Assembly (NCBI GenBank): GCA_951406725.2
Contig: OX597821.1
Span: forward strand, 48,794,001-48,858,000
Length of the DNA: 64,000 bases
Reading direction: 5' to 3'
Source: Octopus vulgaris
Taxonomy: Eukaryota
In this document: positions 39,802 to 52,789 of the stretch, one piece after another
How the letters are laid out: the number at the start of each line of letters is the position of its first letter
Numbering within the stretch: the stretch's first letter is position 1
Notes under the pieces: model-generated
Database searches by the model: none
What the model was told of the DNA's origin: nothing
The model's input: the letters and a program-made list of their open reading frames with translations, nothing else
Program-made: the position numbers and the translations under genes

Positions 39802-40015
39802 ACATCATCATCATCATTTCATTTAGCGTCCGCTTTCCATGCTAGCATGGGTTGGACAGTTCAACTGGGGTTTGGGAAGCCAGAAGGCTGCACCAGGCCG
39901 TCTGATCTGGAAGTGTCTCTGGCTGGATGCCCTTCCTAACGGCAACCACTCCGTGAGTGTAGTGGGTGCTTTTTACGTGTCAGATGAGGCTGGCAAACAG
40001 CTATGATCGGATGGT
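39802..40015 (-). mobile_element. RTE 3' tail copy
   Basis: Same family as 23981. Confidence 0.8.
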
Positions 40016-41921
40016 TAAAAAATAATTGTCAAATCTCCATTATATCACACCCTACAGTCTAAAAATGGAGTAACAGCTCATTAGAAAATGTGCTGCTAGG
40101 TATGCTGTCAGAAATAGAGTAAAATAGGTTTTTATATGAGCTTGGGCTAAATGTATTTCAGTCTCTATTGATACCTCTATTTCTACTTTGATGGTGAGTA
40201 ACCATATCTCTGCACTGGTAAATGATAATTTTATTCCTTAGCTCTTTATTCTGTTGTTTCCAGATACACTATTTATTTGCTTACTATGCTGTATTTAAAT
40301 CTTAACCTTGATTATCCTTCAGAGAAATAATATGTTATACCCTAATGTCTTTAAAATCAAGGATAACTTCAATTTTCTGTGACATCGCCATTTTAACAAC
40401 AATAGCGACAACTGACTCATGAGAGGAACAGTTCTTTACATTTTAAGGCATAATTATATTGTATTTGGGTGGGGGACGCATTACTTTGTGTTAAACTTCT
40501 GTATGGGATTTTTTTTTTTTAACCAAAATTAATTTTTGGGGTTTGGCATTGTATAAGGGTACATGACATGATTTGTGTCCACTCATAACCTTCATTAAGT
40601 CAGTAGCTGACTTACCATATATTATTGCGGATAGGTCACACTTTTTTTTTCCAGAAATGTTGACAAAAATCAGGGGTGCGACATATCCAGCCCAAATATT
40701 CTACCTATTTTATGATCAAACTGTCAAGATCCAGCCTCTTACACCTACCCTATAATGTCATTTTAAAAATATACAATCATATCATTAAAATCTCAAACAT
40801 ATGAAATTATACAGGATCAATTCAAAACAGTGTGAATAAATAAGCATTTTATTTGACATAGTAATCTGAATGCGAAAGGGTTTATGTTTGAATTTCTATG
40901 TTAGCATTCCTTAGACAGGAGGAAATTGAAGCAGGATTATTGAGGCCACATGCTCTTGTTGCCAACCTTTTACCTGGTCTACAAGTAAGGTTTCACTTCA
41001 AAGGAATTCAAAAGCACAAGGCTAGTGATTTGTTGACAGAGAATATCAATAAATGTCACTGTAGTTTTTGTTTTGTAAACATTCGCACACTCACAATGCA
41101 CACAAAGCTTCTTTAAGTTTCCTTTATCAAATTCATTCACAAAACATTGGTTGGCCCAGTGCTATAGTAGATGCTGCCCCATGGGATTGAACTTGAAGCC
41201 ATGTTTGAGAAGCGAACTTCTTAACCACACAGCCATAACTGAGAAAGTTGATAACAAAGATCATTTCTTTCAAAATCTTGATTTCTAGTTTTTTGAGAGG
41301 ATATATTTTGAAATAAACCCCAGTATATCACTGATACTAGTTTTATTTATAGAAGTGTAATATACATCACTGTCAGACCTATTTAAATTTAATATTCACA
41401 TGTACTATGACAACACTGAAGTCATGTTTCTGATAATCCTTTCTTATTGTAATAATAATTCTAATTGTGGCACAAGGTCAGCAATTTTGAGGGGAGGGTC
41501 AAATCAATTACATCAACTTCAGTACTTGACTGCTACTTTATTTTATTGACTTCTGAAAGGATGAAACGTAAAGTTGAACTCAGCAGTATTTAAATTCATA
41601 ACATTTTGAAGAAATGTTGCTAAGCATTTTGTGCAACATGTCAGTGATTCACTGCTTTAATAATAATGATAATAAATTAAATTAAATTCTGACTCAAGAC
41701 CAGCCATTTCAATGGAGGGTTAAGTTGATTACATCAACCCAGTATTCAGTTGGGTACTTCATCAACCCCAAAAGGATGAAAGGCAAAGTCAACCTCAGTA
41801 GAATTTGAACTCAGAATATTAAGTTGGATGAAATGCTAATGATTCTGCTGCTTTTGTATCAAATTTGGTCTGAATGAAATTTTCACTTTTTTTCTTCCCT
41901 TTTTTCTTACCATTTCCACAG

Positions 41922-42066
41922 TACCATAAATGGCCGAATTGACCAGGTGAACAAAGTATTGGAACTGGTAAGAGAGACCACTGGTATAGCACAGTACAAT
42001 GCCCTCGATAAATGGACGTCACAGCTGCACTCATTACACCAAACAGTCATTAACAAGATGGCCTGA
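41922..42066 (+). CDS. COPS2: CSN2 last coding exon
   Basis: Polypyrimidine tract then ag|T ACC...[53 protein letters not shown]; the 12 exons total 1281 nt with compatible phases. Confidence 0.96.
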
Positions 42067-42197
42067 ATTAGAATAACACAAGGGGTTCTTTTTGTTTGGT
42101 TTTGTTTTTACTTTTTTTTTTCCTCTCCAGTTTTTCATTTTGTTCAGATATTAAAAGAAATCTAAAACAAATTCGTACCTGTAATTTACCTTGCTAC

Positions 42198-42203
42198 AAT
42201 AAA
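42198..42203 (+). promoter_or_regulatory. Candidate polyadenylation signal of CSN2
   Basis: AATAAA about 130 nt after the stop, followed by T/GT-rich sequence. Confidence 0.45.
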
Positions 42204-42654
42204 ACTGTTTTCTTTTAAAATGTGTTTTTATGATCTTTGGTTTGCTGTTGAAGACTTTCTGTAGTTTCTAACCCCCCATCTGTCCCTTTGCATTGAGGAA
42301 CTGATGTGGTTAGAAATACATTTAGTAATGTTTTTTTTGTGTTTTTTGTGTTTTTTTTCAGCTGGTTGCAACACGAAAGATAATAACTACTTATCTAGAT
42401 TCTTTCAATAGACCAAAGGATACACGTGATATTGATAACATGAGGATCAACACTAGGGTGTTTGACCACAAAACCATAGCAACTTATTAAGAATGGATTG
42501 ATTGCTAAACCACCATAAATGGGACACCAACTGTGCCAGAAGTTAATATGACTGGTAGATATTGGAGCCATATAGGATAGCTTCAAGAAGGTACTTCATG
42601 AATATGGGTGCTCTGTTTTTCTTAACTGTAGAATGGTAATCAAATGTTACTTGG

Positions 42655-42872
42655 ACTGACTGAATAGATATCACATGTAGCTACATTGACATTATTATGA
42701 GCTCTTGATTAGACAGTATTAAATGTAGCTACATTAATATTGTTTTGATCACAGTACTACATGTAGCTTCTTTAAATGGCTACATTATGGTCACTTGACT
42801 AGAGTATCAGATGCAGCTACATTAAATGACATTGTTATGGTCAGTTGACCAGACTGTATTGTAGCTATATGT
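42655..42872. repeat. Degenerate minisatellite with palindromic ATGTAGCTACAT core
   Basis: About 5 imperfect units downstream of the CSN2 stop. Confidence 0.6.
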
Positions 42873-43353
42873 GCCTTATTACAGTGAGGGTTGTAAAGAT
42901 GATTTCAGATATACCACAAATAGCGATGTAAAGTTAACATTTATTTGTGCCCTATTGTGTGATGCTAACATTTTTCTTGCAGTAATTGGTCTCTACAATT
43001 ATGATAGGATGGGCTCCCACTGGGATTGTATAAAACTCACCATATCAGTCATACTTCTACCTGTGACTGAAAATGATTTTTAGTCTTGTAACTAATGGAA
43101 TGTCTATAAGTTTGAATTAAAACACATTACTCTGCCTTAAGTACTGAGTTCTTCTTACTTTGTAAAGTTAATTTTCACCTGATTGTATGAAAATATACTT
43201 TCACAACTATATATATATATATATATGTATATATATACACACACACAATGAGAGAGAAGTGTGTATATATGAATGCATAAGCTATCACTCGTGTATTCCT
43301 TTAAAGTTTTTAACATAGCATCTGTTTAAGCCCAAAGCAGTGATGTGATTTAA

Positions 43354-45203
43354 CCCTTTTGTGTTCACACCAGCCGGAAATAATTCCCCTTTATTTGAAC
43401 CAGCCATATCTGATTCCTCTATGAAATTGCTAAAAGAATAGACAAATCACATTATTGAATTCTCATAGCTTTGAGATAATGCGAGATAAAGCCTTTCCTG
43501 CCTTTATTTAAGTAAAAATACTGTGAAGTTTTTGAGACTTCTTGGTTTTTTTCAATGTTTGAAGAGAAGTGTATGGCATCAGCAAGTAGCAATTCCAAAT
43601 TTTATGAACAAAATATAAACGAAAACAACTGAGTTGTCTTTGGATGAATCTGATATTGATATTTGTGAATCTTCATCAGATGAGGAAGATTTTGATAATG
43701 AAAATGATATTGAAAACATTATGGCAACATGGTTGAGAAAAAACTAGTCAACAACAATCTACCTCCTGATGCTCAACCATTGGACTATTTAAAAAAAATT
43801 TTTTATTTTTACTGAAAATTTTTTTTTGAAACTGTCATGGAGGAAATTTGAATATGCTCAATGCACAATTTCTATTTGTGGAAGACCCGATTCACTATGG
43901 CAACCAATTGATACTGTGAAAATGCGAGCATTTTTTTACTATAAACATGTTTGGTATCAAGCAGCTTCCTCAATAGTGGAACTGCTGGAGTCCTGATATA
44001 TAAGGTATAGTGATCCATATATCTCCAGCATTATATCTAACTATAGTTAATTCATATATTGTTTAAATAAAAAGCCACAAGGTACCTCTGCCACCAAGGA
44101 CTGCAACCATTTGAAATTTTAGGTTGACATCACATCTGTTATGTGAGGGATTTCTTCCAGAAAGCACAAAACTGGGAGAAAAGCAAAATTAACTGAGGTG
44201 GATGTCAAGAGAGAAAATATTGACTTCCATAAAGTGGAAAAAATAAATGGAAAGAAAAAAGTTTGCAGACTGTGTTCACTGCAAAAGGATATCAGGTCAT
44301 GACCTCATGTATGTGTTCGTTTTGCAAAGTGCCCCTGTGTAAAGGGTGCTTTGGACAGTTTCATGATAGAAATATGGTATAACTATATTTTGTTGTTTAA
44401 TAATAATACTATCATATATATATATATTGGCCTGCTCGCTTAGCCAGCGGGGTGGCGTCATTCGAAGGCTAAAACAATGCGAACGCATTGTGACCAGCGA
44501 TGTGTAACAACATCTGATGATCTGGTTGGTCACGTGGTCACTATCATATATTCCTGTCATTTTATTACAAATAATGTGTGAAAGTAAGAAATGCGTATTA
44601 ATTTTCAGTATATTACCTGTTTTCACCATTGTCTCACCTGTTAATGAGCTTTTTTTATTAGATGCATTATGTTATGTATTATTCATTAAATTGTATAAGA
44701 GTGCATTACCAATGATATATTGACCAGTAAAAGAGTTTTTTAGTTTATTTTCAATCAAAATGTTTGAATGAAACATAAAGAAAGAATAAAATCTTGTACT
44801 GATTATACCTGTATTTTAATTAATTCAAATGAATGTACCTCATCTTGAAAAGTGGCAAAATTGTTGGTGGTTGATATCTGGGATAATTTTAGTAACAAAT
44901 CAAACAGGTATGATGCATTACGAATTTCAATTTTAGTGTTTATCCATAACGTTATTGCTTTTACACCTGTTAACTGAATTTAACTTCCCATAAAAGTCAA
45001 ATTTAATTATAAAGATCAGCTAAAATTACATAACTATAAACCACTAGTATATATGCACCCACTGACAAATTTTCAAACTTGTATGTAAAAAATTAAGAAA
45101 GTTACAAGTAAATATTGTTGACACCCCTCTTGAACCTGAATAATTCAAAATAATGTGAACAAATAAGCATTACATTTAACAGATTAATCTGAACACTAAA
45201 GGG
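43354..45203 (+). mobile_element. Internally deleted piggyBac element
   Basis: TTAA|CCCTTT...AAAGGG|TTAA; acidic N-terminus, LPPDAQPLDY block and Cys-rich C-terminus CRLC...CSFCKVPLCKGCFGQFH; subterminal sequence shared with the MITEs. Confidence 0.75.
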
Positions 45204-48200
45204 TTAATTCCGTACAGGGTTTCCCATTACTCATTGCTTATGCAAAATGTAGACTGTTGCTATTCAATTCAGACATAAGATCTGAAGTACTTAGATCCAT
45301 AATGTAGAATCATGTGTCACACACGTTGTTTTAGGTCTGAACATCGGAGGAGTCATAATAATACTCCTGGTCATTGTTTTACACCCGCTTTCCACATTGG
45401 CATGGGTTGGACAGGTTACCATGATCAGTGTCAGCAAATATTCAGGACAATGCTCACCTAGACAGATTGGGGACCGTTCCTTGCATTTAAGTTTTGGCTT
45501 GGTTTCTACATTTGGATGTTCTTCCTAACATCAACCACTTTACACAGCGCAGTGCTGTGGGTGATTTTTCATGGTACCAGCATTAGAGATACAGCCATGT
45601 CCTCAACACAACTAAAGAGGCCTCATAACACTACGTTTTTGTTAACTTGCCAGCATCGTTACAAAATGATGACAAACATGAATCATAATAATGAGAGGGA
45701 TTAGTTGTAGGTGTACTATGTATTCTGAGATAGGTGCATGTGTTCAAAGAAATATAACTGACAGTGCTAGGTGACAGAAGTCAATGTGATACAGCAGTGG
45801 CAAAGATCTAGGATGTATGGAGGGAAAAGAAGTAAGAATATCTTCATAGACGGTGAAACGGTGATGGTAGGCAGCAAAGAAGAGGGTGAAGTGGGTACTA
45901 TTGGTCCAATGTAGCCACCTATACATAGACTATAAGATGGATCACAGAGATCAAGTGATGAAAGTGGTGGCATGGTGAATGGAAAGTAGGTGGGTCCGGT
46001 ACTAGAATAACACAATGGGGTATTGGGGAGGGGCTTAGAATAGGTGCAGTAGCATCTTTAGTTATATTGACTAGAAGCAATATACGATGAACAGAAGGGA
46101 TCCTCTATCACATCAGAAGCATAATACAGTGTCAACTAAAAATTGGGGAGAGAGTTCATATGTATGGCAAACAGAATCTCTCCCTTGTCTGATAATCTAC
46201 ATATCAAGGTATGTATAGGTGCATACACGCATATATCTACATACACACACGTTAATTTCTAACTTCTAACTTAGCTGGCCAGCTACTGGCAAACATTCGA
46301 AGTCAATAAAATTATGAATATCTGACTTTTCACTTATTTTATTGTAATAAAAATCATTCTTTAAGGATATGTATGAGTATGGAAGAAAGGGAGAAATAAT
46401 TTGTGGAGACAGTGTAAGCAACAATCTTTTAATGTCCAAGTCCCCTTATTCTGTGACCTCTGATGAGGAGATTTACTACATCACAACTAAAGGATTCTCA
46501 TTCTCAGAACTTCAATGAAAGTATTGCTGTTGTTTCACATGACAGCCCAAAAGCACTCATCTACATCTAAGAACTTCCATGAAAATTTGACCACTTTTGA
46601 ACTCTGCTTGTTTATGTCCTGAATAACAACATTTTTTCATTGCTTTGTGTTCCAACGAAGTTCTCTCAGAATCATACTATATTAGCCCGTGTATCTGTCA
46701 GGATTTGGTTATATTTCCCATATCCATCCTACTCCTTGTATCCAAACACAGATATCATAGGTCACTTCTTCACGCCAAGCCGATATCCACATACAACCAA
46801 GACACATGCATTATTTCAATGAAAAGTAACTTTTAGAAAAGTCCTCTAATATAGTTGGATCTCGGGGAAGGACCAGAGTCTTGAAGAAGAGCAGAGCCTG
46901 TAGCTTTTGCAGGTCCTCTGATACTAGTGAGATTGGAGGAGATGATCTTAGAAGGAATGACTGGGTGTGGAACCTGAGGTACCGGACACAACAGGGTTGG
47001 GGATGTAAAAGGTGAGACAAATAAGGTGGTATGAGCCCATCTAGCTCAGCGGATCAAATACCATTATAGTCGTGATAGAAACAGTAGAGAGAGGAAAGAT
47101 AAGACGCCTGTGACCCAAAGGCCAGATTGTGTCTGAGTTACTACGCCAGTCAATCGAGTGACCCTTATCTGGATGCAATTTAAGATATAAATCTGTATGA
47201 CTAGCAAGATCAGATGTGAGAGCAATATGCCATTTTGGGCCTCACCCTAGGTTTGCTGAGTATCAGTAATTATTGGGGCCTGTGTCTTCAGGTTCTGAAG
47301 GGAAAGGCTAGTTACTGAGATGCACTTTTGCAAGGAAAGATCCTTGGTGACAATAATAGACCCCCTCCAATCTGAACAGCAGAAAAATAATTTTCGTGCG
47401 TCCAGCTTTGACTAGCTGCATTCATCACAAGTTTGAAAGGAATGGTGCTTAGAGCAAAAACTATCTGGATTTCAATGTAAAAACTAGCAGAGAAATTTCC
47501 TCACCTTTATCAAGAAACATCACCAAAAGGCCACAAATCTCAGTAATTCTTCAACAAAATTAAAGGTGAACTTCAGCAGCTTCTACTGTAACCTCTAACT
47601 CAGATTGATTAATGCCGGATAAGTGACATTTCCTACATGGAAACTGTATGGAAGCCTGTACCACACACACACACACGTTTCCTCTCGGGTTTAAATTTTG
47701 TTTCTGCTTTTTTTCTTTTACGTTTACAGAACTTAAACAGGTCCCTAACAAAGTGGGAAGCCTGTTTGAAGTCAAGAAGACTCCTGAGTTATCTGGATTA
47801 GTTGGTGTGTGTTAATATGTGGATAAAATTTGAACATGTGTAATGAATGTGCACATGTATGCGTGCTTCGTTATTGTTTATGTGTGTGTATGTGTATTCC
47901 ATATGTATATGTGATGATGTACATGTGTTCAGCCTAGAGACCTCCCCAGCAATGCTGTTTTAATATTTACTGTACCTCTGATCAATCGTATTTAGATAAT
48001 GCAAAATTTGTTCTCTGTCTTTCAGCAGATGATATTTCTAGGTTGTATGCTTACAGACATGCATACTTCGTTTATCTATATATATATATATATATAGACA
48101 GAGTTTGTGTGTGAGTGTGTGCGCGCGCGTATGTTCCTTATATATTCGAAAACTGAGTTGCCGATTTTGACGTATGTGGTATGAAAAAGTTCAGTAATCT

Positions 48201-48624
48201 TTCGGCCACCAAATAAAATATGTTTTAGGTACAACTCTTTTTTACTACTAAAACGGGGTCAGGCGGCACAATTTTCAAGTTATTTTCGGAAAATATTTAG
48301 ATTTGCTTCTAATGTGTCAATGTGTCACTTTCGTTCGATGTTTCACGCATGCGTAGAATTCTAATGAAATAGCACATGTAAAAAATATCAAAACACGACA
48401 TGCTACAAACAACACCTATACGATATTATTTCTGAAGAAACTTCCACGCTTTCAAAAAAGCTAAAACATTCCGAGTTTTTACCTTTTTGAAAGTGGGGTG
48501 GTGATTGGTGGTGGAGGCTGGGGAAGGATAATTGAGTGTTTTTTTGAAAAAAATTAAAAAGATTAAAATTTTCCAAAAGATTCGTAATAAATATCATACC
48601 ATATTTATTGTGCAGAATATTCTC

Positions 48625-48940
48625 AACTTACTTACGAGATATACTAATAGCATTGGCTCTTTGATAGAGAGTCAATCGCCCATCATCCATCAACATGTGG
48701 TGAATACGATCGATGGTTTCCTCGGTGGTGGCAGTATCAAGACATCCAGACGTTGAGTCATCTTCAAGAAGCTCCCTTCTCCTCATAAATTCAGCTACCC
48801 ACTTTTGCACTGTTGATAAAGCTGAAGTGTTATCCTCTTATGTAGCAACCATGTCAGTATGAATGTACTAGGGGCTAAACCGTTTTTCTGCAGGTACTTA
48901 ATATACCACGATACCAAAGTTTGTCGATTTTCAAGACTTC
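48625..48940 (-). mobile_element. Mariner transposase N-terminal fragment
   Basis: QKWVAEF.R.RE.LEDD..SG...TATTEETIDRIHHMLMDDGRLT. Confidence 0.8.
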
Positions 48941-49535
48941 TAAGACTGGTTCAAGGGTAGAAGGAAAGTCTCCTCAAGACAGGAACCCTCATAATAGAGT
49001 GGATTGCTCCACTTAACATACCCAGGGAGCCAGGTAGTAATGCTAAACTGAGTAACAGATCCTGTCTTCTGCTGTTTTAAAAAAGGAAGGACACAGTAGA
49101 AAGGGTAGTCTTAGATATACTATGTATAAAAGAAAAAGACAGGAAAGACACAGCTTAATAGAGTCTATAAATTCTTTATTCCCTAAGGAGTTCATTTCTT
49201 TTTCTATATCAACTACATTATCTTTTTCTTTTACTTGTTTCCCTCACTTGACTGTGGCCATGCTGGGGCACCACCTTGAAGGGTTTTAGTCAAACAAATC
49301 CACCCTAGAACTTATTATTTTAAACCAGGTACTTATTCTGTTGGTATCTTTTGCCGAAAGAAGCCCGTCATATATATATATATATATATATCTTGTTCAT
49401 GCTATTGTATTAGCATTATCATGCGTTTGAGAATAAATAATTTCTGTATCTTTCAATACATCTCAACGCTTCTAAAGCAAACTTTATTTTCATCGTAAGT
49501 TAAATAAAAAGGTAAGTACATATATATATATATAT

Positions 49536-49893
49536 ACTAGCAGTATCGCCCGGCGTTGCTCAGATTTGTAAGGGAAATAACTATAAAGCATTTTTAGAGA
49601 GTTATAGCCAAAAAATAGCAAAAAAATGGAAAAACATGATGGTAAATTTTTTTTGATAGTTAAAAAAGGTGGAGTTGCGCCCCCTACACAGTTTGTGGTT
49701 TGTGTTCCTGATTCTCGACCCCATGTCGAATTTATCGATTTTTTTCAGAACTGGGGGAATTTTCGCTGCGTTAGTTTTGAATTATGACATTGGGCTATGA
49801 GTGTGTCAAGTTTCATCAGAATCGGTTGAAAGCCGTGGTGAGGATGAGGGTACAAGCAAACAGACACACAGAAACACACACAGACAAACTGCC

Positions 49894-49897
<4 letters not shown>
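49536..49897 (+). mobile_element. Non-autonomous Helitron-like element in (TA)n
   Basis: Starts ACTAGCAGTATCGCCCGGCGTTGCTC, the same start as at 61980; ends with an ACAGAC-rich tract. Confidence 0.55.
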
Positions 49898-49929
<32 letters not shown>

Positions 49930-50959
49930 TAGCTTAAAAGCCACCCGATTGGCAGCTAGTATTTAGCCGTTAAGCAACTGACCCCCGAATGAGATCTTAA
50001 ACAGATCTCTGACTTGTTTTGGAGAATTTGTTGCAATTGCTTCCTCCAGTGTCATATTCCAATGATGATCATATTTGTCGCAAAAAAAAAATCACTGAAA
50101 ACAATCACAGTAATGAAAACAGAGGAATCCAAAATTTCAGGATTGCAGGTCCGGATTCGGCCCGGACCTGCAACTCACAGAGTTGGCCTTTAGATTATAA
50201 AAATTGTTATCGTACAAAAATATTTGTCGCAAAAGTCAAGTAAAAAAATGGCGAAAGCAATTACAGAAATGAAAATTTGGGAATCTATATACCCATTTTA
50301 GTTGGGAAGCATGCTTTTTACCACACAATCACGCCTGTGTACATTTACTTAAAGATTTTTCATCTCCAGTTTAATAAGTATGGAAATGCGGTGCTTTGTT
50401 GACGTTGTCAGAATAATACCTAAACATGTCAGGAGCTACCTTTCGTTTACAGAATAAATATTCACCTATAATGTTAGTTCCTCACTGAAAAATTATTTTC
50501 AGATTTTTAAATACACTCTCTCTTTCTCTCCCTACATTAATGTAACTTTTTTTATTCATTTTCTAAACAGCAACACTGATACGGCTGCTACAACCACTTC
50601 CTTCCTTCCTTCCTTCTTTCCTTCCTTCCTTCTTTCCTTCTTAATAACTTATAGTAAAAGGTGCTGCTGCAAAGACTCGACTGACCAAGAAAGTGAACTA
50701 AGTTGTGGCCTCAGAATGAATCAAACAAATATTCCAGAAGAATACTAGTTATTTTTGAAGTCTACTTTGAATAGTCAGATGTCAGTTTATCCGGAAGTAA
50801 ACAAAATTCAAATACAAAAATGCGTTGAGATCTCCTCTTTCAGAAAATATATATATATGTCATACGTTCTTGTCACGTGATTAAACATCACCAACTAAAA
50901 AGTGGTACGAACTTTTTACCAACCCAATGTGTGTGTGTGTGTGTGTGTGTGTGTTTGTA

Positions 50960-51840
50960 TGTGTGTGTGGACACTTAAACCCAAGAGACATAAAATACTA
51001 TCATTCAAAATTTACGAATGCTCGCTAGGGATCCAAAGATGAAGCATATTCTACAAATACACGAATTCATCAAATGTAAAAAAAAAAACCAAATCACTAA
51101 AAAGACTACTGACAAATGCGAAAGCTATGCCCAACAACAACGAAACCAATAATTTTTTTAAATGCTGGCGTCCAAATTGTGGAACATGCCCCAACCTGCT
51201 GGAAGGTTTGGAATTCCATTTCAAATAAGGACAGAGATTCAGAATTAAGACCAATTTCACTTGTGCATCCGAAAATTCAATTTATGTGATATCTTTTTCA
51301 GGTTGTGGACACAACTATATAGGCCAAACAAGGATGTCACTTAGACGGAGAACTACACTGCATTAGAAACAGATCCGTTTCCCAAGTTATAGACAGATGC
51401 CATTGAGTGAACACATAGATAGATGTACAGGGAATCTCCAACTAAACTTCACGGTTTTTCCCATCAATAATTTTTATTCAAGAACGATTAAATAAAGAAA
51501 ATATATTTATTGAAAAATACAAACCACGCCTGGATATGACTGCATAACCAATTTTATTTAATTCATAATGCATAACCAACACTGTACATATTTTATCTCA
51601 CTACTTTAGCTCGTGAATTTATATAAATTTACCCTCCCCAAGTGCAATTACTTTCGTTGTCCCGAATAATAACAATCACCAATTACCTCTCCTTAGATTT
51701 TTCCTACATGCTGATTCATTTACAAACAAACTCTCATACAAAAAACATGGACTAAAAACTATTTAAGAAAATACGAAATGGCAATATTTTCACCAATTTC
51801 CAAGGTGATTAATGAAACGCGAAACCGGTCGACTATAATA
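50960..51840 (+). mobile_element. Penelope-like element 3' part (GIY-YIG endonuclease)
   Basis: CWRPNCGTC...FTCASENSIYVISFSGCGHNYIGQT...R...H...LSEH...KENIFIEKYKP; HHR-like GAAACCGGTC downstream. Confidence 0.85.
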
Positions 51841-51968
51841 ATAATATGGTATCTTTTAACATATAAAAAAATATATAAATTATGAGCATTTTACTTTTTT
51901 TATTATATATTTTTCACTACAACTCACCAAGTGAGAAAAACCTCCTCAACGAAATTCTTTTTCACTGT

Positions 51969-52035
<67 letters not shown>

Positions 52036-52789
52036 TGTGTAGGCTAGTTGGTCGTTCTTCCAGATTTTCTGTCAAAGAAGAAAGCTTTCCACCGCATTCT
52101 TCGTATGAAATAGTTGTTCTTTTCTTTTTCCTAAAAGTTCACTTGTATAATCCTTCCTACTGGATATAGGTATATCCTTTCTTCGAAACATGCAGTGTTA
52201 TCTCTTCCATCTTCATGACAGCCAGCTTCGAGAAAATCAATAAGAGACATACATCTTTAGCCGTTTTTGTGTGATAACTTAAGGAAGATGAAATTAAGTA
52301 TAACGTCATTTGGTCTATAGTAAATGATATTATAATAATATCATTTCCAAGAAATATCGACCTGCTCCGAGGAATCCCTGTCTATTCGGTGGACCAATGA
52401 GAAGATCATTAATAGAATTTCTGAAAGACTCTAAAGCTGTCTACATGAATATAAATGTACTTTCGCACAATGCAGAGGGAATGAATTTGAGTAACTGCTA
52501 ACATAATTCACCTTAAGGTATGAATGAATTAAATTTAGCTTTAACCTCCCCATTCTTGTAAACACCAAGGAGCTATCTAGTTCATTATGTGACTGTATGT
52601 GCACCAAACCGCATGTGTGCGTATGCTTACATCTTTGTGGATACTTGCATGAGCGCCTGTACATGCGCCACATAACCTACACGAGGGCGTTTATATATCC
52701 ATATCCGTTGACGGTTATATTTGATACCTTTTCTGCTGTATTGCGCGTTCGTTTCTTTTTTGCATCTATTATTTTATTATAGATCTTCT

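Noticed and set aside
46400-47560. Possible decayed retroelement coding sequence
   Set aside because: No motif could be read with confidence; left unassigned.
52068-52195. GAAGAAAG...CTTTCTTC-GAAACATGC resembling the long-loop HHR
   Set aside because: No recognisable CTGAnGA core, cleavage triplet or stem I.
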